The position numbers and the translations under genes are program-made. The notes beneath the pieces are model-generated. The model saw only the letters and a list, made by a program, of their open reading frames with translations, was not told where the DNA came from and ran no database searches. DNA of 64,000 nucleotides from sequence record DRR723986_33163; one strand, given 5' to 3'. Below are positions 37,828-48,789 of the stretch, one piece after another (within the stretch, counting starts at the first letter, position 1; each line of letters starts with the position of its first letter).

Positions 37828-38730
37828 TTATATCCAGTGTTTTGGTTCTTTTAATACTTTAATCAATCGTTCCTCGTCACTTCCAGGTTCAGGGTGATGG
37901 TCATAAACCCATTGCACATGAGGTGGCAAACTCATTAGAATACTTTCAATTCTCCCATTGGTTTTTAGACCAAATAAAGTGCCTTTGTCATGCACCAAAT
38001 TAAATTCTACGTAGCGTCCACGTCTAATTTCTTGCCAGTTACGTTGCTCTTGGGTGTAAGATAAGTTTTTTCGTTTTTCAACAATTGGCACATAGGCTTC
38101 TAAGAAACTGTCACCAACTTCAGTGACAAAGTTGTACCAGTTTTGCATACTCATCTCTTCCGTCTTTTTACAATAGTCAAAAAATAAGCCACCAAGCCCT
38201 CGACCTTCATTTCTATGTGTGTTGTAAAAATACTCATCGCATCTTGCCTTGTATTTAGCATAGAATTCAGGATGGTGTTTATCACAAGCTGTTTTACAAA
38301 CATTGTGGAAGTGCTTTGCATCTTCATCAAACAGATAATATGGTGTTAAATCTTGTCCGCCTCCAAACCACTGATCTACAATTTTGCCGTCTTGATCATA
38401 CATTTCAAAATAACGCCAATTGGCATGCACTGTTGGGACCATTGGATTTTTTGGATGTAAAACTAAACTTAGACCGCAAGCAAAAAAATCAGCATCCTCA
38501 ACACCAAAGTATTCCTGCATTGATTCTGGTAATTTTCCATGAACTCCAGAAATATTAACTCCGCCCTTTTCAAACACATTGCCGTTTTCAATAACGCGAG
38601 TTCGACCACCCCCACCTTCAGGACGTTCCCAGATATCTTCTTGAAATTTACCTTTACCATCAATAGCTTCTAGCTTAGATGTGATGGTATCTTGTAATTG
38701 GTGTATGTAATTGAAAAATTTATCTTTCAA
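37828..38730 (-). CDS. hemF: Oxygen-dependent coproporphyrinogen III oxidase
   Basis: FEKGGVN, HPKNP.VPTVHAN.RYF, WFGGG.DLTP, RRGRYVEFNL..DKGT.FGL; TTG start. Confidence 0.96.
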   Translation of the reverse strand: MKDKFFNYIHQLQDTITSKLEAIDGKGKFQEDIWERPEGGGGRTRVIENGNVFEKGGVNISGVHGKLPESMQEYFGVEDADFFACGLSLVLHPKNPMVPTVHANWRYFEMYDQDGKIVDQWFGGGQDLTPYYLFDEDAKHFHNVCKTACDKHHPEFYAKYKARCDEYFYNTHRNEGRGLGGLFFDYCKKTEEMSMQNWYNFVTEVGDSFLEAYVPIVEKRKNLSYTQEQRNWQEIRRGRYVEFNLVHDKGTLFGLKTNGRIESILMSLPPHVQWVYDHHPEPGSDEERLIKVLKEPKHWI

Positions 38731-38733
38731 AAT

Positions 38734-39270
38734 CTAGTCTTTATATAATTCATATAGTTCCATATCTAAAGGCAACTCACCAGGAGGTGTAAATTCATTT
38801 AGAAGCGTTTTCTGCCAGATAAAATTGTTCTTGGTAGCAACAGTTATACTTGGCAAATTGTCTTTATGTACAATAATTTGAAGTATTTCTAGTCCCAATT
38901 CATTAAAGGCATGTTTCGATAGAGCTTTAACTGCTTTAGAAGTTAGCCCTTGTCCTTCGAAAGTGTAACCTATACAATAAGCAAATTCTCCTTGTTTCTT
39001 TTCCCAATCGAGTTCTTTTATATAGATGAGTCCGGCAAGCTCTCTTGTTTCAGAATGTTTAACGGTAAATAAAAACACCTCTCTATTTTCAAACTCTTTA
39101 GCCATTTTCTCAACAAACAATTGAGATAAGGTTGGATTTAAATTTTGCTCTAATGTTTTAGGAAAATAACGTTTAAATCGATCTGAATTTGCCACCATTA
39201 GATCACAAATTTTCCAGGCATCACCTTGGTGTACAGGATTGATTTCAAATGTTTCGAATTGCGCTATCAT
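38734..39270 (-). CDS. GNAT N-acetyltransferase (RimL-like)
   Basis: GEFAYCIG..FEGQGLTSKAV and NLPS..VA.K..F motifs. Confidence 0.8.
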   Translation of the reverse strand: MIAQFETFEINPVHQGDAWKICDLMVANSDRFKRYFPKTLEQNLNPTLSQLFVEKMAKEFENREVFLFTVKHSETRELAGLIYIKELDWEKKQGEFAYCIGYTFEGQGLTSKAVKALSKHAFNELGLEILQIIVHKDNLPSITVATKNNFIWQKTLLNEFTPPGELPLDMELYELYKD

Positions 39271-40037
39271 TATACGACTGGTTTACTTTGATTTAGTAAA
39301 TTATCTTCTTTTAATAGCTCAACTGTATTTAATGATGATGCAGTAACACTCATTGGTAAAACAAGAATAACACCAATAACAGGAATAAATAAAAAGAGTA
39401 TAAATACTATACCATTTCCTATGGCAATACCTCTATATTTTCTAACAAATTGAATGCTTTCTCTATACTTAAAATGACGCTCCAGTGTATAATCCATATT
39501 ACCAAAACCAGCATAATAGGCTTGAAGTAAAAACAGTAAAACAGTTGAAAATATATTCACAACCGGAATGAATTTTAATATCAATAGTGGTATGGTATAT
39601 AGTAATTCTTTCCCCAGGTTTCTTATGTTTATTCTAATTCCTCTCCACAATTGTTCTTTAAATGACGTTTTTCTGTGATCATGTCTTTCTACACCAGTTA
39701 AGTGGGCCTCAATTTTTTCTGAAACCGGACTCATAAATGGTGCTGATAAAGCCATTATGATATGTTTATATAGAATTAATCCAATGGCTAGTATTACAAT
39801 CCAACCAATAAATGTAGAAATAGACGTAAAGGATTCTTTACCAAATTCCCATGGCCAAATATTTGCAATAAAACGGCCAATATTATCAGATAACCCATAA
39901 GCAGACAGCCCAATAATTAGTGCTGTTAAAACACTGATTCCTATTGGGATTGCAAAATACTTCCAGAGTTTGAGTTTAGAGATAAGCTCAAATGTTCCTG
40001 TATATGCCTTTATGCCTTTTAATATGTTGTTTAACAT
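39270..40037 (-). CDS. EI24/CysZ-like membrane protein
   Basis: Multi-TM; APFMSPVSEKIE and YYAGFGNMDYTLER motifs. Confidence 0.75.
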   Translation of the reverse strand: MLNNILKGIKAYTGTFELISKLKLWKYFAIPIGISVLTALIIGLSAYGLSDNIGRFIANIWPWEFGKESFTSISTFIGWIVILAIGLILYKHIIMALSAPFMSPVSEKIEAHLTGVERHDHRKTSFKEQLWRGIRINIRNLGKELLYTIPLLILKFIPVVNIFSTVLLFLLQAYYAGFGNMDYTLERHFKYRESIQFVRKYRGIAIGNGIVFILFLFIPVIGVILVLPMSVTASSLNTVELLKEDNLLNQSKPVV

Positions 40038-40102
40038 AGTTTTGATTTCAGTTGGTTACAACCTAAAAGACGCTTAAAAGTAGATTAAGTTACACCTAAG
40101 AA

Positions 40103-41128
40103 TTAGGTTTTATATTCTTTAACTGCATCTATAAACGCTTTAGCATTATCTAAAGGAATATTAGGTAAAATACCATGACCTAAATTTACAATGTATTTAT
40201 CTTTACCAAATTCATTGATCATTTGGTGCACCATTCTTTTTATTTCTGCTGGAGGTGAAAATAATCGTGTTGGATCAAAATTACCTTGTAATGTAATGTT
40301 TCCACCTGTTAAATATCTTGCATTTCGAGCAGAACAAGTCCAATCGACACCAAGGGCAGAAGCACCAGATTTTGCCATTTCGCCTAAAGCAAACCAACAA
40401 CCTTTACCAAAAGCTATAACTGGAGCATCATCCTTTAAAACATCGATAATTTGCTGAATATATTGCCAAGAAAATTCTTGATAATCTACTGGTGACAACA
40501 TGCCTCCCCAAGAATCGAATACCTGTACTGCGTTACAACCTGCTTTTACTTTTTCTTTTAAATAGGCAATAGTAGTATCCGTAATTTTTTGTAATAATTG
40601 ATGCGCAGCAATAGGGTTTGTGAAACAAAACTCTTTGGCTTTATCAAAGTTTTTTGAGCCTTGACCTTGCACACAATAACATAAAATGGTCCATGGCGAG
40701 CCAGCAAATCCTATTAATGGAATTTCATTATTAAGTTTTTCTTTAGTAGCTTTTATGGCTTCGTATACGTAGTTTAGTGCTTCTTTGACATCAGGAACAA
40801 TGACATTATCTACATCTTTCTGAGAGCGTACAGGATTTGGTAAATAAGGGCCAAAATTAGGTTTCATCTGTACCTCAATATTCATAGCTTGTGGAATCAC
40901 CAATATGTCTGAGAACAAAATAGCAGCATCCATACCATACCGACGAATAGGTTGTACGGTTATTTCACTAGCTAATTCTGGTGTTTGACACCGTGTAAAG
41001 AAATCGTACTTGGCTTTTATCTCCATAAATTCCGGCAGATAACGACCAGCTTGTCGCATCATCCAAACAGGTGGACGATCTACGGTTTCTCCTTTTAATG
41101 CTCTTAAAAATAAATCGTTCTTAATCAT
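40103..41128 (-). CDS. hemE: Uroporphyrinogen decarboxylase
   Basis: [45 protein letters not shown]. Confidence 0.97.
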   Translation of the reverse strand: MIKNDLFLRALKGETVDRPPVWMMRQAGRYLPEFMEIKAKYDFFTRCQTPELASEITVQPIRRYGMDAAILFSDILVIPQAMNIEVQMKPNFGPYLPNPVRSQKDVDNVIVPDVKEALNYVYEAIKATKEKLNNEIPLIGFAGSPWTILCYCVQGQGSKNFDKAKEFCFTNPIAAHQLLQKITDTTIAYLKEKVKAGCNAVQVFDSWGGMLSPVDYQEFSWQYIQQIIDVLKDDAPVIAFGKGCWFALGEMAKSGASALGVDWTCSARNARYLTGGNITLQGNFDPTRLFSPPAEIKRMVHQMINEFGKDKYIVNLGHGILPNIPLDNAKAFIDAVKEYKT

Positions 41129-41130
41129 AT

Positions 41131-42711
41131 TTAAACGTAAAATTCGTTCACTAATTCTATTACACTCTCAACAGTTGGGACTTTAGCCACGCGCACATCT
41201 TCAAAATAGTGTTTAGCCACTTTTGCAGTAGTTTCTCCAATGCAAAAGGCTATTCCACTAGCTTTGTTTTGTTTCAGGAAACTTTCTACCGTAGATGGGC
41301 TGTAAAACATAACACCGTCTAAATTTCCATCAACTTTATCTGCATCAAACTTAGTTTGATATGCTTCAATTTCGTTTACAGTTATATTATTTTCAGTTAG
41401 GATATTTGGTAAATCATCTAATCGTAAATCACTACAGAAATAAGTGACTTCACTTCCTTCCATAAATTCAACTAAGTAATCTGCTAATTTTTTAGCATTA
41501 GCTTCAGTGTGCGTGACTTTACCAATGCGTTTTTCAACCATTCGCTTGGTACGTCTACCTACACAATATATATTTTTGAATTGTAACTCTGGAGTAGAGA
41601 AATTGGTCAATAATGCTTCAACTGCATTCTTACTTGTAATAATTACATTCTGAATTTCATTACGAACTACAGTTTTAGAAATACGATTCAAACTAATTTT
41701 TATAGCATCATTACTGTCAGCTACAACATCATTATGAAATAACTGTAAATGATCGCCAGTTAATTTTTTAGTAGAGTAGATATTCGTTGTTTTATCTCCA
41801 CGTTGCAATTGGTCAATTAAGGTTTTTCCGCCTTTTTCAATTATGTAATCTGCAGCTAGTTTTGCCAATTCATCTTTTTGATCTAAAGACACGACCTTAG
41901 TATATTCTATCTTTTTTGTACCGTCTTTACTTAATAATACACCTTTAAAATTGACTTCTTCCTCTTTATTGATATAACAAATAGCACCAATTGGCGCTGT
42001 GCATCCACCTTCTAAACGGTTTAGAAATTCGCGCTCAATTGACGTACAAATTTCACTAATTTCGTCATTGATTTCTGCACATATGGCTCTTGTCTCTTCA
42101 TCAGATTCTAGAGCTGTAATCATTATAGCGCCTTGTGCAGGTGCAGGAATCATCCAATGAAGATTTATAGAATTTTCTGGTGTTATTCCTAGTCGACCTA
42201 AGCCTGCTCCTGCAAAAATTGCAGCATTCCAATCTTCACTATTTTCAAGTTTTTCTAGTCTTGAATTTACATTACCTCGAAGCCCAACAATAGTATGTGT
42301 AGGATAACGGTTTAACCATTGTGCTCTACGTCTTAAACTTCCGGTAGCAATAATTGCGTCACGCTGTGAAAGAAACTCTTCATTCTTTTTAAAAACTAAA
42401 GTATCATTAATATTTCCTCGCTTTAAAACGGCAGCCTGCACAATTCCTTTTGGTAAAATTGTCGGTACATCTTTAAGGGAATGCACTGCAATGTCAATAT
42501 CTTCATTGAGCATTGCAATATCTAAAGTTTTTGTGAAAATACCTGTTATACCAAGTTCATATAAGGGTTTATCTAAAACTAAATCTCCTGTAGATTTTAC
42601 AGGGACTAATGTTGTTTTATGACCCAAATTTTCAAGTTGTGCCTGAACGGTTTTTGCTTGCCACATAGCGAGCTGGCTATCGCGTGTGCCAATGCGAATA
42701 ATTTTAGACAT
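41131..42711 (-). CDS. hemC: Hydroxymethylbilane synthase fused to a uroporphyrinogen-III synthase (HemD) domain
   Basis: [34 protein letters not shown]-terminal ITSKNAV, YCVG, YQT, FYSPSTV, CIGETTA HemD motifs. Confidence 0.93.
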   Translation of the reverse strand: MSKIIRIGTRDSQLAMWQAKTVQAQLENLGHKTTLVPVKSTGDLVLDKPLYELGITGIFTKTLDIAMLNEDIDIAVHSLKDVPTILPKGIVQAAVLKRGNINDTLVFKKNEEFLSQRDAIIATGSLRRRAQWLNRYPTHTIVGLRGNVNSRLEKLENSEDWNAAIFAGAGLGRLGITPENSINLHWMIPAPAQGAIMITALESDEETRAICAEINDEISEICTSIEREFLNRLEGGCTAPIGAICYINKEEEVNFKGVLLSKDGTKKIEYTKVVSLDQKDELAKLAADYIIEKGGKTLIDQLQRGDKTTNIYSTKKLTGDHLQLFHNDVVADSNDAIKISLNRISKTVVRNEIQNVIITSKNAVEALLTNFSTPELQFKNIYCVGRRTKRMVEKRIGKVTHTEANAKKLADYLVEFMEGSEVTYFCSDLRLDDLPNILTENNITVNEIEAYQTKFDADKVDGNLDGVMFYSPSTVESFLKQNKASGIAFCIGETTAKVAKHYFEDVRVAKVPTVESVIELVNEFYV

Positions 42712-43954
42712 TATCAGTAGTTTCTAACTGGAATATTTTTTTGATGAGTTCTATACTCTCGTCTGAAGTGTTGGTATCCTCTCTAAGGTGGTGTGCAAAC
42801 TGATTGGTAATTTTCTGAATGATATTGTTAGTAATCAATTCGGCCTGATCTTCATTAAAATCAGCAATCTTTTTACGTTGTGTATTTAACTCTGAATTCT
42901 TAAGATCTGTCAGCTTGTGTTTAATAGCTTGTATAGTAGGGACAAACTTTAAGGTGTCTAACCACGCATTAAAATCTAACATTATGTCTTCAATAATGCG
43001 TTCTGCTGCAGGTATGTAGGCTTTACGTTTTTCTAGAGTATCATCTGTGATTTTTGCTAGATCATCCATATGAACCAAAGAAACGTTTTTCAACTCTTTA
43101 ATATCTTCATTGACATTTTTAGGAATCGATAAGTCTAATACCAACAGAGGTTTTTCTGTAGTGACTAATGTTTTGTAAACTGTTGGATTTTGAGCTCCTG
43201 TAGCAACAATAACAATATCAGAATGGTTAATTTCTTCTTGAAGATTCTCGTAATCTTTAACGATGAGGTTAAACTTACCTGCTACTTCTTCTGCTTTAGT
43301 CTTGGTTCTATTAATTAAAGTAATATGCGAATTTTGAGTATGCTTCACTAAATTTTCACAAGTATTGCGACCAATTTTACCGGTACCAAAAAGTAAAATA
43401 TTCTTTTCAGAAATATTCTGAACATTGTTCATGATATATTGAACAGATGCAAAAGATACTGATGTAGCACCTGAAGATAATTCAGTCTCATTCTTAATGC
43501 GTTTACTTGCCTGGATAACAGAATTGACTAAACGCTCTGTAAAAGAGTTAAGTAAACCAATTTTCTTTGACGCACGAGCAGCAAACTTGAGTTGACTAAT
43601 AATTTCAAAATCACCAAGTATCTGACTATCTAAACCAGAACCAACTCTAAACATATGATTGATTGCATTCTTACTTTTATGAATGTATGCGACCTCTTGA
43701 AATTCTTCAACTGTACCTTTTGTGTTTTCACACAATAAATGAATTAGTTGATATGGGTGTTCAGCAAAACCATACAGTTCTGTGCGATTGCAGGTAGAAA
43801 TAACTAAAAGACTGTCAATACCATTCTGTTTAGCATCGCTCAGCAAATTTTGTTTAGCTGCATCACTTAGACTAAAACGACCTCTCACTTCGGCATCAGC
43901 TTTTTTGTAGCTGAGACCAATGGCGTAAAAATATGTGCTTTTGTGTTGTTGCAT
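42704..43954 (-). CDS. hemA: Glutamyl-tRNA reductase
   Basis: STCNRTE, GLDSQILGDFEI, GTGKIG, NRT, DLSIPKNV; TACATTTG promoter at 43988-43995. Confidence 0.96.
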   Translation of the reverse strand: MQQHKSTYFYAIGLSYKKADAEVRGRFSLSDAAKQNLLSDAKQNGIDSLLVISTCNRTELYGFAEHPYQLIHLLCENTKGTVEEFQEVAYIHKSKNAINHMFRVGSGLDSQILGDFEIISQLKFAARASKKIGLLNSFTERLVNSVIQASKRIKNETELSSGATSVSFASVQYIMNNVQNISEKNILLFGTGKIGRNTCENLVKHTQNSHITLINRTKTKAEEVAGKFNLIVKDYENLQEEINHSDIVIVATGAQNPTVYKTLVTTEKPLLVLDLSIPKNVNEDIKELKNVSLVHMDDLAKITDDTLEKRKAYIPAAERIIEDIMLDFNAWLDTLKFVPTIQAIKHKLTDLKNSELNTQRKKIADFNEDQAELITNNIIQKITNQFAHHLREDTNTSDESIELIKKIFQLETTDNV

Positions 43955-44124
43955 TCGCTCGTTTACCTGACTAGGAAATTAACAATGCAAATGTAATTTT
44001 GTTAATAATAAAAAAATAACGCTAGAAGAACTTTAAATGTCGTTTGTGGTTTTTTAAGATTCTTTTTTATAAAAACATGATTTTTATCATATTTTTACAG
44101 TGAAATCAAGGGTTATATACCCTT

Positions 44125-44147
44125 TTATTTGGAACTAATCTAAATAA
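44125..44147. promoter_or_regulatory. 9-5-9 palindromic operator candidate (possibly iron-responsive)
   Basis: TTATTTGGA-actaa-TCTAAATAA, 8/9 symmetric, ending 7 nt before the AraC ATG. Confidence 0.5.
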
Positions 44148-44154
44148 GAAGAAA

Positions 44155-45054
44155 ATGAAATTAGATAATTCAACTTTAAAAAGTGTCGCTAAAGGTACTT
44201 TTGATGAAACTTACCTTGAAGAAGGCTTTTTTGTATTGACTTACAAAAATGAGTCTAATATGGTGCAAATTGTTGAGCGCGAGATTGATAGTAGTTATAT
44301 TCAGTTTCATTTTTGTACAAAAGGTGCAGCGGATTTTGTTTTTAACCAAGGGACTTACAATTTAAAAATAAATGCAGACACCTCTTTGTTACTATATAAT
44401 CCACAACGTGATTTACCAATTCATTTAGAAATGCAACCACATTCCTGGTTGGTGTCTTTAGTAATATCTATAAAAAAGTTTCATGGCTTATTTTCTAGAG
44501 ATGCAAACTATGTTACGTTTTTGACTGATGAAAATAGAGACAAAAAATATTATACCGATGGAAAAATAAACCCTTCTATGGCAGTGGTATTAAATCAGTT
44601 GTTGAGTTTTAGTCTAAATTCATCTATTAAACCTTTATACTTTAAAGGGAAGTCTTATGAATTGCTCAGTTTGTTTTTTAACAGAAGTGAAGATGCAGAT
44701 GTAGAACAATGTCCGTTTTTGGTAGATGAGGTTAATGTGGCGAAACTTAAAAGAGCAAAGGATATTATTATTGCTAATATGGCAGAACCACCAACATTAC
44801 AAGAATTGTCTGAAACTATTGGCTTGAGTTTAAAAAAGCTCAAAGAAGGCTTTAAGCAAATCTATGGTGATACGGTTTATGGCTTTTTACTAGATTATAA
44901 AATGGAGGTTGCACGTAAATTATTAGAATCTGGAGATTACAATGTAAATGAAGTAGGACTAAGAGTCGGCTACAGTACAGCGAGCCATTTTATAGCTGCT
45001 TTTAAAAAGAAGTTTGGTACGACACCTAAAAAATATATTCAGGCGTCGAGTTAA
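44155..45054 (+). CDS. AraC-family transcriptional regulator, divergent from hemA
   Basis: PPTLQELSETIGL...LKEGFKQIYG...NVNEVGLRVGYSTASHFIAAFKKKFGTTP. Confidence 0.92.
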   Translation: MKLDNSTLKSVAKGTFDETYLEEGFFVLTYKNESNMVQIVEREIDSSYIQFHFCTKGAADFVFNQGTYNLKINADTSLLLYNPQRDLPIHLEMQPHSWLVSLVISIKKFHGLFSRDANYVTFLTDENRDKKYYTDGKINPSMAVVLNQLLSFSLNSSIKPLYFKGKSYELLSLFFNRSEDADVEQCPFLVDEVNVAKLKRAKDIIIANMAEPPTLQELSETIGLSLKKLKEGFKQIYGDTVYGFLLDYKMEVARKLLESGDYNVNEVGLRVGYSTASHFIAAFKKKFGTTPKKYIQASS

Positions 45055-45055
45055 A

Positions 45056-48000
45056 CTAATAATCATAATAACCACCACCACGACCAGATGGTGTTACACG
45101 CTTACGATCTTTGTAGATGGCTAGGTTTATAATCTCTTCGTATTGTTCTTCTAGCTCTTTGGTTTCATCTACAACTTTACCATAATTTTCAGATTTGCTG
45201 TAGAAATCTACCACCAGTTCACTTGGATTTTTTGGTTTTATAAACGAGATATAATGTACGACTTCAGATTTACCAGAATACTCATTCTCCTTATCAATTT
45301 TAAAGAAATACATTACCGCATTCTTTCCCTTATCAGTTACAAAATCGCGTTTAAGAAGAAAACTCACTGAATCCTTCTCCTTTTCATACCTGGCATTAGA
45401 CAGCAGTTTAGATTTTGCAAATTGCTGCTGATCAATCCCAATAGATTTAAGCTTTTTCAATAGTTTAGCTTTGTGTAATTCTTCTAAGAGCAAATATTGG
45501 TTTTCCTCATCTTCCAGTATCTTTTCTTTTAATTTATCTGGTATAGGTTCCTTATACTTCGTTAGTAGCACATAGTATTTTACAAGTGCTGCATTATCTT
45601 CTACATTTAGTAATTTTTCAAAGAAATCTTGTGCAGTTCGCTCTTTACGATATGGAAAAATTAAATTGACATAAACTGTTAAGTCGCTAGAGTATGACCT
45701 ATAACCGTAACTGTTATTACCTAAGTTTCGTTTTACTTCAATTTTACCATCATTAATGAGTTGGTTTTTATATTTAGAATAGCTTTTCTCTTTAACCAAA
45801 CCACTATCCTTCACTTTTGACAATAAGCTATAAAGCGGCTGTTTATATTCACTTATAGTACTGTATTCTAAAATTTTTGGGAATAGGCTGGCTTTAAGCT
45901 CTAGTGAGTCTTTCTTAAAGTAATTATAAAAAATACTGCTAACACCTCCAAGAGGAATATCGCGTTCCATTAACTCTAGCGCCAAATTATAGGACTCTTT
46001 TTTGTTTGAGTCTATTAGGCCTTCTAAAATTGCTGTTTGTGTTTGAGGGTCTGAATAACTATCAAAATACAATTGCTTTATAAAATCGATATTACTTTTT
46101 AGATCTATTTCAATTAATTTTTCGACCAGATGAGATTTTATATCTAATCGTTCTCTTTCAAATTCAAAGTCTTTTAAAACTGAAACTATATCATTACTGT
46201 TCTGTTTTTTAAACTTAATAAGGTTATAAGATTCTAAAATAATACTGTCGTTTTCTCTCAGTGCTTCAAAGAACTGATCAGTTTTGTCTTTTAAAACACT
46301 TTTACCCATTAAGGTATCTATTGGTCTAAAAGAGTTATAGAATTCTGTAATAAATTTTGATGGACCGCTAATAGAATCTATTAACACATACATTTCAAAA
46401 AGCACACCTTTTTTTAATATGTTCTTTACCATTACTTGTTTTGCACTTGCAGAATCTGTGTAGGTAAAACTGTAGGAGTAGATACTATCTTTAAATGTTT
46501 TTGATCTGTTAGAAATATTAAATCTCTTTTGTGGAGTGAAATAAGGACTGCTAAAATTAATCTTATTGTCTATGGTCTTCCAAAGACTATCTATGTTGTG
46601 AAACATTTGCAGATCATGAAACTTTTTTCTAGAAACAGAAACCTGTTCATTAGCCTTTGTTGCATAGACAGTCTCTTTAGTTTTTTCTTGATAGTCCTTG
46701 TTATCTGATCCGTCGTTGTAACCGTAATTATAGCCATTAGGTATAGGTGATTTACCATTAGTCATAACCGAAAAATGTAAAGACGTGTCTATAACTTTCT
46801 CAAAGTCTTCGTACGAGATCTTATTGAATTTAAACGACTCAAAGAAATCCGATTTTTTTGCTTCTTCTTTGCCAACATAACCTAACAAATAATAACTTCC
46901 ATCTTTTACAATAGTTTTTAGATGTAAATTCTTGTTGTTTACAGAATCTAAAACTGCATAAGATTCATAAGTTTTATAAGCTCCAGATTTAAATTCACCT
47001 TTGGCCTCTGTTAGTTTATAGTTTTTATAAATGGCCTGATGAAAATATTTAGCTTCGAAGGTGTCTTCTTCTATATAAGACACATCTTGTAATGACGCTT
47101 CTTGTACAAAGTAATAATCATCATCTTTAAAGCCTTGTAATAATTTTCTACCACTATTTTCCATGTTATTTGTAACGTAATACGATGGGAAATTAACCTC
47201 AAATTTATTATTTGGAGCAGTATATTTTTTTACGTCACTAGTTGGTGTTTTAAGTTTGATAGAGTTAAAAACAGAGGCTTCATGTTTTAGCACAAAATCA
47301 CTTCTGCCAGCATATTTAATAATAATAATTTCTAATGGAGTTTGGTAGATGTGATATTTTTGAAACTCACCCTTTTTAGTTTTATTGAGAATACTTATAC
47401 CAGGATAAGGAACTTTTAATTCTTCTTTCTTTACGATATCACCAGGTATGTCTTCGTATAAGAGATTATCAATATCTTTTAATGTGATATTTTCTTTTTC
47501 GTTTGGTAGATAAATAAATCTGCTTATTCGATTTACAGTGATGTATGCGCCATTGGTCATGTCAGGATCTAAATAGTAGTTCTGACCGCCATACGCAAAC
47601 TCTCTTAATGTATCGTAAGTATTTAAACTTAAAAAACCGTCTGGTGTGTTATTTATACTAACCTTTGGCGCAACAAATAAACTATCAAGTTTGGTTTTCT
47701 CTTTTTTACTGTATTCTGTCTGATCCGATGTTGAGGCTTCTACTTTGTAGCCTCTTTGACGTAACATGTTTATCATACCTTTATTACCAGGTAAATGTGC
47801 AGCACCGACACCTGCAAATACTGATTTTTTTGGCATCAGTTTAACGAGAGAATTTACCATATTTTCGTTTCTAATATATAACATGTTTTCTCGGTAGAAT
47901 TCAGTATTCACTCCGGCGCCAATCGAATCTAATAGATCTAAGTTTCGGTCTCGATAAAGGTTCTCTTGGATGAGGTATGGGTTTTCTTTAGAAAATAGTT

Positions 48001-48571
48001 TTTGTAACCACGGATCTAAATCTTTTTTGTCTGGGTTATAGCTTGCTTTTGTAACTAAATATCTCGACTCGGCTAAATCCTCCAACCCAACAATCTCTTT
48101 ATTATTCTTTTTCCCAGCTTGAAAAATGAACATATCTAAATAGGTCTCTTCCTCAAAATTATCTGACTGACTATTTTTTCTGTATAAATAGGCATTTACA
48201 GCATTATTATCCATTCTAACCGAAGCTCTAATGGCCATTTCTTCTGGATGCTCAAGTTTAAATAGATTTGTGTAAAATTGACTTCTGTAACTGTTGTAAT
48301 ATGACATTTCACTAATCATCATGTCATAATTAAATCCTGGCCATGTGGTTGGGTCAGATTCTAATGCAATACAATCACTTTCGTTAAGAGCTTTATAAAA
48401 GACATCATCTAATCTAAATGCCACCTTTTTACTAACGTGCATGGTTCCATAGAGATAGGATGGCTTTTCCAGACCATTACCGGTTATTTTCCAGAGTAAA
48501 CTTTGGTACTGCTGTTGAGAAAAACAAGCTATTGAAAATAATATAAGAAAGAGTGATGCAATTTTTTTCAT
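45056..48571 (-). CDS. TraB/GumN-family exported protein with long C-terminal extension
   Basis: SLLWKITGNGLEKPSYLYGTMH, GLE, RNENM, FAGVGAAHLPG..GMI.MLR..GY; ATG 48571 gives a signal peptide. Confidence 0.8.
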   Translation of the reverse strand: MKKIASLFLILFSIACFSQQQYQSLLWKITGNGLEKPSYLYGTMHVSKKVAFRLDDVFYKALNESDCIALESDPTTWPGFNYDMMISEMSYYNSYRSQFYTNLFKLEHPEEMAIRASVRMDNNAVNAYLYRKNSQSDNFEEETYLDMFIFQAGKKNNKEIVGLEDLAESRYLVTKASYNPDKKDLDPWLQKLFSKENPYLIQENLYRDRNLDLLDSIGAGVNTEFYRENMLYIRNENMVNSLVKLMPKKSVFAGVGAAHLPGNKGMINMLRQRGYKVEASTSDQTEYSKKEKTKLDSLFVAPKVSINNTPDGFLSLNTYDTLREFAYGGQNYYLDPDMTNGAYITVNRISRFIYLPNEKENITLKDIDNLLYEDIPGDIVKKEELKVPYPGISILNKTKKGEFQKYHIYQTPLEIIIIKYAGRSDFVLKHEASVFNSIKLKTPTSDVKKYTAPNNKFEVNFPSYYVTNNMENSGRKLLQGFKDDDYYFVQEASLQDVSYIEEDTFEAKYFHQAIYKNYKLTEAKGEFKSGAYKTYESYAVLDSVNNKNLHLKTIVKDGSYYLLGYVGKEEAKKSDFFESFKFNKISYEDFEKVIDTSLHFSVMTNGKSPIPNGYNYGYNDGSDNKDYQEKTKETVYATKANEQVSVSRKKFHDLQMFHNIDSLWKTIDNKINFSSPYFTPQKRFNISNRSKTFKDSIYSYSFTYTDSASAKQVMVKNILKKGVLFEMYVLIDSISGPSKFITEFYNSFRPIDTLMGKSVLKDKTDQFFEALRENDSIILESYNLIKFKKQNSNDIVSVLKDFEFERERLDIKSHLVEKLIEIDLKSNIDFIKQLYFDSYSDPQTQTAILEGLIDSNKKESYNLALELMERDIPLGGVSSIFYNYFKKDSLELKASLFPKILEYSTISEYKQPLYSLLSKVKDSGLVKEKSYSKYKNQLINDGKIEVKRNLGNNSYGYRSYSSDLTVYVNLIFPYRKERTAQDFFEKLLNVEDNAALVKYYVLLTKYKEPIPDKLKEKILEDEENQYLLLEELHKAKLLKKLKSIGIDQQQFAKSKLLSNARYEKEKDSVSFLLKRDFVTDKGKNAVMYFFKIDKENEYSGKSEVVHYISFIKPKNPSELVVDFYSKSENYGKVVDETKELEEQYEEIINLAIYKDRKRVTPSGRGGGYYDY

Positions 48572-48789
48572 AAAAATTTTTAACAAGGCTTGTAAAGATA
48601 TTTAAATAGTTGAAACATCCATAAACTCTAATCAAAACTCGATAAAATTTATTTTGGGAGGCGTTAACTACAATTATTATAACAAATAATAGCATAAAAT
48701 ATTTGATGATAATGGAATAAAAAAAACCTATCATACTTATTTAGACCTATTGCATATAGAGTTGTATTTTTGCATTGCAATTGAAAACT

